A stretch of 63,992 nucleotides of DNA, the filler included, from Malassezia furfur (taxonomy: Eukaryota), in assembly GCA_052055015.1 (NCBI GenBank). It is 23 parts of 23 records of this genome, joined end to end, with 100 filler letters (N's around TTAATTAATTAA, not from the genome) between each part and the next. Parts side by side here need not be neighbours in the genome. Positions count along the whole stretch, not along the records: positions 11,556 to 14,315 come from JBQJIT010000849.1; positions 14,416 to 17,172 come from JBQJIT010000850.1; positions 17,273 to 20,027 come from JBQJIT010000851.1; positions 20,128 to 22,874 come from JBQJIT010000852.1; 19 more parts are not named here. One strand, given 5' to 3'. The notes beneath the pieces were generated by a model that worked only from the letters and a program-made list of their open reading frames with translations, was not told the DNA's origin and did no database searches. This document shows, piece by piece, positions 12,110-22,974 of this stretch; within the stretch, counting starts at the first letter, position 1; each line of letters begins with the position of its first letter. A program made the position numbers and the translations under genes.

Positions 12110-12245
12110 TGTTGCCTGCACCGCGCTTGTGTGACTCGGCGTACGCGTCCCAGTGGATGGCCTCCTGCCGCGCGGCCTCCTCGGCGTCCTCGGCGGCGCG
12201 CGTGCCGTCCATCTCGGCCTGCTCGGCGCGCTGCTCGCGCGGCGT
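12093..12245 (-). CDS. TAP42: Isolated C-terminal fragment of TAP42/alpha4 (PP2A regulator)
   Basis: EAARQEAIHWDAYAESHKRGAGNTMNRG* matches the conserved TAP42/IGBP1 C-terminus; there is no room for the rest of the gene. Confidence 0.7.
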   Translation of the reverse strand, partial: TPREQRAEQAEMDGTRAAEDAEEAARQEAIHWDAYAESHKRGAGNTMNRG

Positions 12246-12405
12246 CGCGGTACGGCACGACGCGCCGCGCGAGCAGCGCCTGCACGAACGCCGCGCGCAC
12301 CACCATGGACGCGCGCAACGTCCCTCGGCCGAGACGCGGAGGACACGTGGGCGTGCGAAGATGCGGCGGCGCGCGCGGCTCGGCGGCCGGCATCCGACGA
12401 CGGCC

Positions 12406-14280
12406 ATGGCGGACGTGAGCAGCAAGAGTAGGTTGCACGCACGCGCTGACGCAGTCACCACGAAGCTCGAGCGGGCCAAGGCCGAGGGGCGCACCTGGTG
12501 GAGCTTTGAGTACTTCCCGCCGCGCACACCGCAGGGCATGCAGAATTTGTACGACCGCATCGAGCGCATGGCGCAGCTCGGCCCCGAGTTTGTTGACATC
12601 ACCTGGAACGCCGGCGGGCGCACGTCGGACATGACGGTGTCGCTCGTGCGCACCGTGCACGCGTACTTCGGCCTCGAGACGTGCATGCACATCACCTGCA
12701 CCAACATGCCGCGCTCCAAGATCGACGTCGCGCTGCGCGAGGCCAAGGCGTACGGGTGCCGCAACCTGCTGGCGCTGCGCGGCGACCCGCCCGCGAACGG
12801 CTCGGCGTGGGAGCCGACCGCCGCGGGCTTCTCGCACGCGTACGAGCTGGTGCAGTACATCCGCGCGCACTACGGCGACTACTTCACGATCGCGGTCGCC
12901 GGCTTCCCCGAGGGCCACCCCGAGGAGGTCGACGGCGACGTGGTCGAGATCCAGCGGCTCAAGGCCAAGGTCGAGGCGGGCGCCGACTTTATCTTTACGC
13001 AGATGTTCTACGACTTTGACATCTTTGCCGACTGGGTGCGCCGCGTGCGCCAGGCCGGCATCACGGTGCCGATCGTGCCCGGGGTGATGCCCGTGCAGAA
13101 CTACGGCGGGTTCACGCGCGCCATTGCGCGCTTCCGCACGCGTGTGCCGCAGTATTTCCACGACGCGCTCGACCCGGTGAAGGAGGACGACGAGGCGGTT
13201 CGTGCGATCGGCACGCGCCTCGTCGGCGACATGTGCCGCAAGATCCTCGACACGCCCGAGCTGGACATCCACGGTTTGCACATCTACACGATGAACTTGG
13301 AGCGTGGCTCGCGCATGCTGCTCGAGTACCTGGGCCTGACGCCCACGACGAACCCGCCGCTGCCGTGGAAGCCGTCGCTGACGCCCAAGCGCCGCGACGA
13401 GGGCATCCGCCCGATCTTTTGGGCGAACCGCGCCAAGTCCTACGTGAACCGCACCGAGAACTGGGACGAGTTCCCCAACGGGCGCTGGGGCGACGCGCGC
13501 AGCCCGGCGTACGGCGAGGTCGACACGCACGGCGCGCAGCTGCGGTTCACGCCGGACGATGCGCTGGCGCTGTGGGGCACGCCGGAGACGATCGACGACG
13601 TGCGCCAGCTGTTTGCGCGCTTCTGTGCCGGGGAGCTGGCGTCCCTGCCGTGGAGCGACGCGCCGGTCGCCAAGGAGACCAAGGTGATCGACCGGCTCCT
13701 CGTGCAGCTCAACCAGCGCGGCTTCCTCACCATCAACTCGCAGCCGCCCGTCGACGGCGCCCGCAGCGACGACCCCGTGCACGGCTGGGGGCCCAAGAAC
13801 GGCTACGTGTACCAAAAGGCGTACCTCGAGTTCTTTGTCTCGCCGGAGCAGCTCGACGAGCTGCTCGTGCGCATCGAAAAGCACCCGCAGATCACCTACC
13901 ACGCGGTCAACGCGCAGGGCGACATGCGCACCAACACCACCTCGGACGCGCCCAACGCCGTGACGTGGGGCTGCTTCCCGCACTGCGAGATCGTGCAGCC
14001 GACCATCGTCGAGAGCATCTCGTTCCTCGCGTGGAAGGACGAGGCGTACGAGATCGGGCGCAACTGGGCGAACCTGTACGCGCCCGAGAGCAAGACGCGC
14101 GCGCTGCTCCACGACGTGTTCGATACCTACTTCCTGGTGAACGTCGTGCACAACGACTTCAAGCAGGACCATGCGATCTTTGAGCCGTTCCTCACCACCG
14201 ACCTGCCGGCCATCGAGCGGCTGCAGGTCGGCGAGGCGCCGCACGTGAATGGGACGGCGCCGGCCGCGCCGGCCGCCTAG
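12406..14280 (+). CDS. MET13: Methylenetetrahydrofolate reductase (eukaryotic two-domain type)
   Basis: SFEYFPP, DITWNAGG, CMHITC, LALRGDPP, FTQMFYD, RPIFWANR, WDEFPNGRWGD, AVTWG; probable 27-nt in-frame intron 12428-12454. MET12 versus MET13 is not certain. Confidence 0.93.
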   Translation: MADVSSKSRLHARADAVTTKLERAKAEGRTWWSFEYFPPRTPQGMQNLYDRIERMAQLGPEFVDITWNAGGRTSDMTVSLVRTVHAYFGLETCMHITCTNMPRSKIDVALREAKAYGCRNLLALRGDPPANGSAWEPTAAGFSHAYELVQYIRAHYGDYFTIAVAGFPEGHPEEVDGDVVEIQRLKAKVEAGADFIFTQMFYDFDIFADWVRRVRQAGITVPIVPGVMPVQNYGGFTRAIARFRTRVPQYFHDALDPVKEDDEAVRAIGTRLVGDMCRKILDTPELDIHGLHIYTMNLERGSRMLLEYLGLTPTTNPPLPWKPSLTPKRRDEGIRPIFWANRAKSYVNRTENWDEFPNGRWGDARSPAYGEVDTHGAQLRFTPDDALALWGTPETIDDVRQLFARFCAGELASLPWSDAPVAKETKVIDRLLVQLNQRGFLTINSQPPVDGARSDDPVHGWGPKNGYVYQKAYLEFFVSPEQLDELLVRIEKHPQITYHAVNAQGDMRTNTTSDAPNAVTWGCFPHCEIVQPTIVESISFLAWKDEAYEIGRNWANLYAPESKTRALLHDVFDTYFLVNVVHNDFKQDHAIFEPFLTTDLPAIERLQVGEAPHVNGTAPAAPAA

Positions 14281-14415
14281 GCGGCGGCGTGGGCCTCCCC
14301 CTGTGTATGTCCCTCNNNNNNNNNNNNNNNNNNNNNNNNNNNNNNNNNNNNNNNNNNNNTTAATTAATTAANNNNNNNNNNNNNNNNNNNNNNNNNNNNN
14401 NNNNNNNNNNNNNNN

Positions 14416-16412
14416 TCACGGACGGTGCTGCCCCTGCCCCTAATGCTGCGGCGCCGCCCGCTGCGGCCGCGCCAAGCGACGAGGCGTCGCTGACGCACCA
14501 GGAGATGGCGCTGCCGCATGTAAAATACGCCCAAAACACGATCCGCTCGCTCAAGTCGCGGCGCGAGGCCGCGGCGTTTTTGCAGCCGGTGGATCCGATT
14601 GCGCTGAATGTCCCCCACTATACCCAGGTGATCCGCCACCCCATGGACCTCGGCACGATCGACCAGAAGCTGGCGCTCACGGCGTACCACCTCAAGGGGG
14701 GCGCGAGTGCGCCGCAGAACCGCATGTCGGACAAGCTGAAGCACGCGATCGACGCGGGCCGCGTGGACGCCGAGCGCGACTGGTACCGCCGGGTGGACGC
14801 GTTTGAGCGCGACGTGTTCCTCGTGTTCGACAACTGCCGCACGTTCAACGGCCCCGACCACATCTTTACGAAAAACGCCGAGGTGCTGCGCGGCGTGTTT
14901 GAGAAGCAGCGCAAGGGCCTCGCGACTGCGCTCGAGGTTGCGAACGAGCAGAGCGCGAGCGAGGCGCGGCGGCGCAGCTCCGGCGCGCTGCCGACCATCC
15001 GGCGCTCGACGAACGGCGGGCGGCCGAAGCGCGAGATCCACCCGCCGGCGAACCGCGACCTGCCGTGGTCCGAGGAGCACCTGCACCCCGCGTCGAAGCG
15101 CGCGATCCTCAGCCGCCACGGCAAGAACGGGCACATGTCGCAGCGCGAGCAGGCGTACTGGTCAAAGGTGATCAACGACGAGCTCAAGTTCTGCGTGCGC
15201 GTCGTCGACGACCTGCTGAAGCCCGCGCACCAGGACCTCGCGTGGGTGTTCTACGACCTGCCCGCGAAGGACTTTGACTGGGCGCCCGCGTACTATGCGA
15301 CGATCAAGAAGCCGATCGCGCTCACGCCGATCCAGAAGAAGCTCAAGACGGGCGGGTACGCGGACCTCGCGGCGTTTGACGCGGACATGCAGCTCATGTT
15401 CCGCAACTGCTTCACGTTCAACCCGCCCGACTCGGACGTGTACGTGATGGGCGCGAAGCTCAAGGAGGTGTACGAGGGCAAGATGCAGAAGAAGCCCGTC
15501 CCGCCGCCGCTCGAGCCCGAGGAGGAGATGGACGTCGACGACGACGAGGACGACGACGAGGTGGACCCCGACGACGCGAACGCGGTGCTGGTGCAGCAGC
15601 TGCAGCGGCAGATCGCGGAGCTCGAGGGGACGCTCGAGACGCTCGAGAGCTCCAAGTCGAAGAACCCCGTGCTGATCACCTCGACGCGCGTCGCGCTCAA
15701 CTCGGTGCAGGCGGCGCTGGCCGGCGCGATGAGCGTGAGCGGCATGATGGGCAAGAAGGGCAAGAAGCGCGCGTCGGCCGACGCGACGGGCGCCGCGAAG
15801 AAGAAGAGCAAGGGCGACGCCAAGAAGGCGGCGCCCGCCAAGCCCAAGAAGCCGTCGTCGCCCGCGCCGCGCAAGCGCTCGGCGGGCAGCGACGAGGAGG
15901 ACGTGCGCACGGTCACCTTTGACCAGAAGGAGGAGCTCGCGGCGAAGATCACCGAGCTCACCGACGAGCGCCTCGAGGGCGCGATCCGCATCCTCAACGA
16001 GGACAAGCCGCCGGGGCAGCAGGGCGGCGAGGACGACGAGATCGAGCTCGACATCGACGAGCTGTCGCCGCAGACGCTGTACAAGCTGTACAAGTACGTC
16101 GTGCGCCCCAAGAAGAAGAGCACGCAGCCGGAGCTCGGGCCGAACGGCAAGCCGATCCCCGCGTCGCAGCCGATCGACGGGCGCAAGCGCGGCACGGGCG
16201 GGCTCAAGAAGAAGAACCTCGACGAGACCGAGGAGGCGGAGCGCATCGCGCGGCTGCAGCAGCAGCTGCAGCAGTTCAACGACCCCGACCACATCCCGAA
16301 GCCCGCGACGCCCGGCCAGGACGCCGAGGCGAGCGGCAAGCACGACGACCTCGTCGCCTCCGAGTCGTCCTCGGGCGAGGACGAGAGCGAGAGCGAGAGC
16401 GACATGGACTAG
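14416..16412 (+). CDS. BDF1: BET-family double-bromodomain protein with ET domain, 5'-partial
   Basis: FLQPVDPIALNVPHY...PMDLGTI...NCRTFNG; GRPKREIHPP; second bromodomain LMFRNCFTFNPP; ET domain VTFDQKEELAAKI...IELDIDEL. Confidence 0.93.
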
Positions 16413-16430
16413 GTAGCGACGTAACTATGG

Positions 16431-17172
16431 CTAGCTCGCGACGCGCACGTGGAAGGCGCCTGCGGTCAGCGGGGGGGACGTACACTGCGGCGCATGCGCC
16501 GCGTCGGCGTGCACGCTGGCGGCGACGCCGAGGCGCTGCAGCGCGCCCTGGACGACGCCGGTGGCGAACGCGAGTTGCTGCGTGAGCGCGCGCACGTACC
16601 TCGGCGACGTAGCCCGGCGCGGCGTGCGCGTGGCGCAGCGGGCGGAACGCGGCGTCCTGCAAGACAAACACGCCCTGCGTCGGTCAGTGCGCGCGCGGCG
16701 ACGTACGCGGTGGTTCGTGCGCAGGTTGTCGACCTGCTTCTCCCACAGCGCCATCCACAGCTCCTTGCACACGAACTTGACGCGCTCGAGCGTCTGTGCG
16801 GTGCGCACGCGCTCCGGCACGAGCCTGGGCGTCAGCGGGACCGGCGCGCGACGTACCGCTCCATGAGCGCGCCGCCGACGTGCGCGCCGACGGCCTCCAT
16901 GCGCGAGTTGGCCATCTCGGCCTCGTCCGCACCCGAGAGCGCCGGCGGGATGCGCGCGTGCGCGTCGTCGACGTGCAGCTGCGCGACCATGTCGTTCGCG
17001 CGGCGCGTCTTGTACGCGGCGCTCGCCGCGAGCGTCGCGGCCATCTCGATGTGCAGCAGCTCGACACACGTGCGGTCGATGAGCGCGTCGTGCGGCGCGT
17101 CCGCGAGCTGCCGCGCCGCCGCAGATACGAGCGGCGCGGCGCGCGCGCGCGAGCCCACCACCGTGCTCGGCA
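16431..17172 (-). CDS. TRS33: TRAPP complex subunit Trs33, 5'-partial or nearly complete
   Basis: MEAVGAHVG, VKFVCKELW...QVDNLRTNHR|GVFVLQD, LAFATGVVQGAL; introns 16825-16856, 16675-16706, 16578-16599 (22 nt), 16460-16483 (24 nt). Confidence 0.9.
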
Positions 17173-17272
17173 NNNNNNNNNNNNNNNNNNNNNNNNNNNN
17201 NNNNNNNNNNNNNNNNTTAATTAATTAANNNNNNNNNNNNNNNNNNNNNNNNNNNNNNNNNNNNNNNNNNNN

Positions 17273-17436
<164 letters not shown>

Positions 17437-17447
17437 ATACAATAGGG

Positions 17448-18923
17448 TTAGTCTTCGTCCAGCAGCTCGGCCAGCTCGGCCTCCTCCTCGGCCGTGAGCG
17501 CAACGCCGCCCGCCGCAGGCGCAGGCGCCGCGCCCGCACCGGACCCGTTGGCCTCGCCGGCGCCCCCGGCCGCACTCCCGCCCTGTAGCACCTCGCGCAG
17601 CGCCCACCGCCGCACCGTGCCGTCCAGCGACGCCGTCACGAGCCACACGGCGCCGTCCGCACGCCGCCACGCACCGACATAGCTCACCTCGTGCCAGTGC
17701 CCCTCGAGCCGGCACACGACACGCGCAGCGCCCTCGGTGTCCCACACGACCACATCGCCGTCGGCCATACCAACCACCACGAGGTCCTGCAGCGCGTCGT
17801 CGACGGCCCCCAGCGGAAGCACACTCCGTGGCACGCCACGCACGCGCACCACCGCATCACCACGCACCGGCGGCGCACGCCCCAGCGGCGCGCCTGCACG
17901 CGACACGCGCCCGGGCGCCGTGCCGCGGCGGTGGGCTTCGGCGAGCGGGAAGCGCCGCACGCACTCGTCCGCCGACGCACACCACAGGTCCGCGACCCAG
18001 TGCGTGTCGTCCGCACCGAGCCGCCACACGGGCGCGAGGCCGTACACGCTCGTCTCGGGCCCATCGAGCTCGCGCACCACGTCGCAGCGCACGCCGGACG
18101 CGGTGCGCTCGACGTGCGTCTCGACGACGCGCCCCATCGAGTCCGCAGAAAAGACACACAGACCCGTGTACATGTCCGCGGCGACCGGCATGCCGGGCGG
18201 CGCACGCGGCACCGACGCCAGCGCCAGCACCGGGCGCGTATGCACCCGCACGACGCCCAGGACCGTCGGCGTGGGCGCCGGCGCGTCAAGGTTCCCGCTC
18301 GCGCGCGCCTCGCACCACGCTACAAGCCCACTTAGGTCCCAGAAGCGCACCGCGCGGTCGCTCCCACTACTCACGAGGCACGCGTGCTCGGCATCGGCGT
18401 GCAATGCCTTGATGAAATCGGTCGCGGCGTCGGGCACTACCACAAGCGGCGTCGGACGCGCATCGTCGCCCGCAAGCCACACACGCAGACTCTTGTCCCA
18501 CGATGCACTAAACACCAGCGTCACGCCTCGCACCACAAGCGACGCGAGCGCCGACACGGGCCCCGTGTGCCCACGCAGCTGCTGCGCCGTCGTGCCCGAC
18601 TCGAGGTCCGTCGCACGCGCCACACGCCCACTCTCGGCAGTCCATACGTGCGCACTCGTTGGATGGGCCATGTGCGCGGTGATCACCTTGACGAGCCCGC
18701 CGTCGGCGCCGGCCGCACGGCTCGCAAGCGCCGCAACGTCGACGTCGGGCGCCGCAGCCGCCTCGTTGGCACCGGACGGCAGCGGGCTCGCATGCTTGCC
18801 GAGCCAGATTGGGTGGCCATACGCCGCCCCATGCGCAGTACGTTGCGCTTTTTCGGCACGCGCCTGCCCTACTGCGAGCGACGCGTCCGACTGGAAGAGT
18901 TGGGTCGCGTGCGCGGCCTGCAT
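17448..18923 (-). CDS. WD40-repeat protein
   Basis: 491-aa ORF with LRGHTGPV...SASWDKSLRVW, SSGSDRAVRFWD, LEGHWHEV...TASLDGTVRRW. Confidence 0.85.
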   Translation of the reverse strand: MQAAHATQLFQSDASLAVGQARAEKAQRTAHGAAYGHPIWLGKHASPLPSGANEAAAAPDVDVAALASRAAGADGGLVKVITAHMAHPTSAHVWTAESGRVARATDLESGTTAQQLRGHTGPVSALASLVVRGVTLVFSASWDKSLRVWLAGDDARPTPLVVVPDAATDFIKALHADAEHACLVSSGSDRAVRFWDLSGLVAWCEARASGNLDAPAPTPTVLGVVRVHTRPVLALASVPRAPPGMPVAADMYTGLCVFSADSMGRVVETHVERTASGVRCDVVRELDGPETSVYGLAPVWRLGADDTHWVADLWCASADECVRRFPLAEAHRRGTAPGRVSRAGAPLGRAPPVRGDAVVRVRGVPRSVLPLGAVDDALQDLVVVGMADGDVVVWDTEGAARVVCRLEGHWHEVSYVGAWRRADGAVWLVTASLDGTVRRWALREVLQGGSAAGGAGEANGSGAGAAPAPAAGGVALTAEEEAELAELLDED

Positions 18924-18950
18924 CGTGGTCGGTGCACACCCACCTCCACA

Positions 18951-19430
18951 TCACCGTTCCCAAAGGGCGGCGCGGTAAAAGGCCTCCCACGACGCGTCGT
19001 CGCACGCCGCGCCGTGGTGCACGCCCGCGTGCTGAGCGTCGGCGTCGCGCAGAAGCGGCGTAATGGGCTTGAGCGAGTCGAGCTGAACGAGGCCTGAGCG
19101 CCGCGTGAATCGCGACGCCTGTGCGGGGGCATGCAGCGCAGCGTGCAGGCCTTGCAGCTGCGCTGCACACGCTAGCGGCTCGATCGCTCGCAACTCACAC
19201 GTGTGCCAGGGCAGACGCTTGATGCGCCGCACGTACTCGGCCACATTCGTGCGTCCGTCCATCGCGCGGTCGGCGACCAGCACGACGCCAGGCCACCCAA
19301 TTTTAAGGATGCCCTGTAGCTTTAGCTCGTGTGCCCACGCATGCAGCGTGCTGATCTTCTTACTCGACCGGATGTGATGAAAGGCCATTAGCGCCCGCTG
19401 TGCCGTGTCATGGCCCCGGCGCGGCCCCAT
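18951..19430 (-). CDS. Small DUF1115 (RWDD2 C-terminal-like) protein
   Basis: RALMAFHHIRSSKK...WAHELKLQGILKIGWPGVVLV...YVRRIKRLPW pattern. Confidence 0.65.
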   Translation of the reverse strand: MGPRRGHDTAQRALMAFHHIRSSKKISTLHAWAHELKLQGILKIGWPGVVLVADRAMDGRTNVAEYVRRIKRLPWHTCELRAIEPLACAAQLQGLHAALHAPAQASRFTRRSGLVQLDSLKPITPLLRDADAQHAGVHHGAACDDASWEAFYRAALWER

Positions 19431-19483
19431 GGTGTGATGTGGAATTAAGAAGACGCCGACCTCCACGTAGACCAGTGCTACGA

Positions 19484-20027
19484 ATGGCCTACGCTTCGTC
19501 TTTGCCCATGCCGCTACTTCGCCGTACCTTGACTGGGGCCGCGCGCATGCATGTGCCGGCGCCTCGGCCTGCTGCGCAGAGCGCACGCGCCCTGTCCACG
19601 TCGCCTTTCCGTCCCACGACGCCGATGCTCCTGCGTGCGACGCAGCCGCAGGCGGTGGCGACGCCTGTCGTTGTCGGCGCTTCGCTCATAGCCGCGTACG
19701 TGTCCTGCATGCTAACCTCAGGGGCCTCGTTACTCGCATGATGATGAAGCCCTCGTCGTCGTCCGGAAAGTGGGTCAAGGGCGGCTTCCAGAGCAAGATG
19801 GACCGGAAAGAGGCCGCTCAGATCCTCGGGTTGCGGTAGGTACCGACGACTGACACCAGCGAGTCGAGTGTGACGCGCAACCGCATCAAGGAGGCCCACC
19901 GCCGCATGATGATTGCCAACCATCCCGACCGTGGGGGTTCGCCGTACTTGGCTAGCAGTACGTCGCTACCAGCTCACGCAGAAATCAACGAGGCCAAGGA
20001 CTTGTTGGAGCGCAACACTTCGCGTTA
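19484..20027 (+). CDS. PAM18: Mitochondrial import motor J-protein Pam18/Tim14
   Basis: [51 protein letters not shown]; introns 19696-19721, 19836-19859, 19958-19981; stop codon falls at the contig edge. Confidence 0.93.
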
Positions 20028-20127
20028 NNNNNNNNNNNNNNNNNNNNNNNNNNNNNNNNNNNNNNNNNNNNTTAATTAATTAANNNNNNNNNNNNNNNNN
20101 NNNNNNNNNNNNNNNNNNNNNNNNNNN

Positions 20128-22218
20128 TGGGCGCCGCGGGCGCCTCGCTGCCCGCCTCGGGGTGCTCAAACAGCCACGCGACCGCCGCCTCCGCGTCGCC
20201 GCCCGTGGCGCGCAGCGCGGCGGCCGCCTGCGCCGCAGTGAAGCCCATCTCCTCGAGCGCCGACGTGTCCGGCGCGCCGCCGCCCGCTGCGTCGTCGAGC
20301 GGCGCGTCGAGCGACGCGTCGTCCATGCGCTCAAACAGCCAGTTGGCGGCCGCCTCGGCGTCGGCGCCCGTCGCACGCAGCGCGCGCGTCGCGCGCGGCT
20401 CCGAGAAGCCCATCGCGGTGAGCGCCGTGAGCGCCTCGGCGTCGACCGCGGGCTCGGCCGCGGCCGGCTCGGGGGCGTCGTCCGGGAGCACCGTCTCGTC
20501 CGGCTGCAGGCCGCGGCCCTGGAACGCATGCACGTCCAGCGGCGTGTCGAGCGGGACGACGAACGGCACATTCACCTTCTGTGGCACCCAGTTGACCACC
20601 TGGAAGCGCTGCGCCTGCACGACGAGCACGCGCGGGAACGTCTTGAAGCGCGTGCACCGCTCCGCGTCGACCTCGGCGGCGCACGCGGGGCAGCGGTACG
20701 GCACGCGCTCCGGCGCCGTGAGCTCGGCGAGGCTCACGTCGAGCGACACCGGCTCGTACAGCCGCCCGCTCGCGGCGTCCGCGTGGCGGTCGGTCGTGGG
20801 GCGCTCCGCGACGCGCACCGGCACGCCGAGCCCGACGTCGCGCACCTCGTCCGTGTAGCGCACGCCGCCGCAGCGCGTGCACTGCAGGCGGTGCTCGAGC
20901 ACGAACGCGAGCGGCGCCGTGGGGTCGGCGAGCGGCGCGTGCGGCTGCCGGTGCACCTGCTCGACAAAGAACTGCAGGAACTCGTCCGCGTCCTGCTGCC
21001 GCATCGTCGCAAACTCGGCGTGCCCGCGGCCCAGGAGCGCCTTGAGCATCGCGGGGCGGATGCCCGCCTGGAACGCGGGCGCCTCGGCGCCGGGCGCGGG
21101 CACCGCGTACCGCCCGGAGAGCAGCCCGTCGCCGAGCTTCCCGAGCTGGCACGCGAGGCACGACGCGGGCGCGGCGGTGCATGCGGCGACGTGTGCGGCG
21201 TGCGTGTCGGTGTTGTAGCGCGCGCGGAACGACGGCAGGGCATACAGCGCCTGCACGACCGAGGCAAGGTAGCAGCTGTTGCCCAGGTTGCGCAGGCCCG
21301 TGCGCCCCGGGCCGTACAGCGGCGTGAGCGCGCGGCCGTCGTCGGTGGTCATCGCAAAGTCGAAGCGCGCATTCTGCTCGAGCTGCAGCTCGGTCATGCT
21401 CTTCTCCGTCTTTTGCAGCTGCGCGACGTGCATGCCGAACTGCGCGAGGTGCTCGGCGAGCGCAGGGTCGATGCGCGCGTCGTCGCACGCGTAGCAGTAC
21501 ACGTCGCCCTCGCCCTCGGCGGTGATGGTGCCCTGCTTGACGCTGCACGGGTGCCCGGACGCCTCGTAGTGCGCGAGGCCGTGGCTGTGCCCGGGCGCGC
21601 CGCCCAGCTGCGCACGCCCGCACCCGAGGTGCCCGCAGGTGAGGCACAGCCAGAGGTTGCCCGTCAGCTCGCACTCGGCACACGTCGCGCCGCGCAGGTC
21701 GAGCGGCTGCGCGGCGGGCGCCAGCGCGCGCGTGTGCGCACACGGCACGAGCTCCTCCTCCCACGCACGCACCTCGGCGGCGTGCGACGAGGAGCGCGCG
21801 TGCAGCACGCCGAGCGTGACGCGCTCCAGCTCGTCGGTCAGCGGCAGCACGCGACCGCCCGCGGGATCGCACGCGACACATCGCACCGTGCGGGTGTAGT
21901 CGTACGCGTCCTCCTCGGGCGCCTCGACGACCTGCACCTTGGTGAGCGGCGCACGCGGCTTGGGCGTGCGCGTGAGCGTCACAAATAGCGCGTGGCCCGT
22001 CTTGGCATGGTGCAGCGCCGCGTGCCGCTGCTCGCCAAAGCACGCCGAGGCAAAACACGTCAGACACACACTCACGCCCGTCGGCACATCCTGCATCAGC
22101 ACGCGGCACGCACCGCCGTGTCAAAACACAAAAGACACTCGTCCTTCCACACCTCCTGCGTGCTCGTCGGCGCGGCCAGCGCCGCCGCCGCCGCCGTGTA
22201 GTGCGCACAGACGTCCAT
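20128..22218 (-). CDS. UBP14: Ubiquitin C-terminal hydrolase Ubp14/USP5 (ZnF-UBP, USP, two UBA), 3'-partial
   Basis: VWKDECLLCFD, NLWLCLTCGHLGCGR, GLRNLGNSCYL, RQQDADEF, two MGF UBA motifs; 23-nt intron 22091-22113. Confidence 0.95.
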
Positions 22219-22247
22219 GGTCGTAGTGGAGGTGGGTGCTATGGAAC

Positions 22248-22820
22248 CTACCCGACGTGCTGCACCACCTTGGTCGTGCACGACGCCGCCGCGCCCTGCC
22301 GCCCGAACGTGTGCATGAGCTGCTCGGGCAGCGCAAGCTCCTCGTACTCGCCAGGCACACCGGGCACGGGCACACTCACGTTCAGCGCACTGCTCTTCGA
22401 CGTCACCACCTCGACGCCGAGCCCCTCTTCCGACAGGTAGATCTGCCCGCCGTCCGTGTTGTCCACGAGGATCGTCGGCGTGCGGCCCAGCACCTGCGCG
22501 GTAAACGACTGGCACCGCGTCACCTCCAGCGACGACACCAGCGTGTCGAGCAGCACCGACGTCTTCTTGCACCCCACTGCGCGTCAGCCCACGCCACGTA
22601 CCGAGCGACACCGCATTCACCTTGCCCTTCACTTCCACCACACACCCGTCGCAGTGGAAGATGCTCACCGTGTGGTTCAGCTCGGTGGGCTCCACGACGA
22701 TCTGCTCCTGCACATAGTTCTCCTGCCGTCAGCCTCGCCGCACGCACAATCGTCCACTTGTTCCCGTCGAGCTTCTTGGACGCGGGACGCTTCGCCACGG
22801 GCGCCGCCGCACCGCCCGCC
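22248..22820 (-). CDS. SRV2: Adenylyl cyclase-associated protein, C-terminal CARP domain
   Basis: KKLDGNKWTI|ENY, VKGKVNAVSL, PTILVDNTDGGQIYLS, TSKSSALNV, ELALPEQL; two 25-nt introns. Confidence 0.92.
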
Positions 22821-22974
22821 GCCGCCGCGCCCTGCCGCCCGAACGTGTGCATGAGCTGCTCGGGCAGCGCAAGCNNNNNNNNNNNNNNNNNNNNNNNNNN
22901 NNNNNNNNNNNNNNNNNNTTAATTAATTAANNNNNNNNNNNNNNNNNNNNNNNNNNNNNNNNNNNNNNNNNNNN

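Noticed and set aside
22820..22874. 55-nt exact direct repeat of 22284-22338 at the contig end within SRV2
   Set aside because: An identical copy ending exactly at the contig edge, with a length equal to a common assembler k-mer, is most likely a graph artefact.
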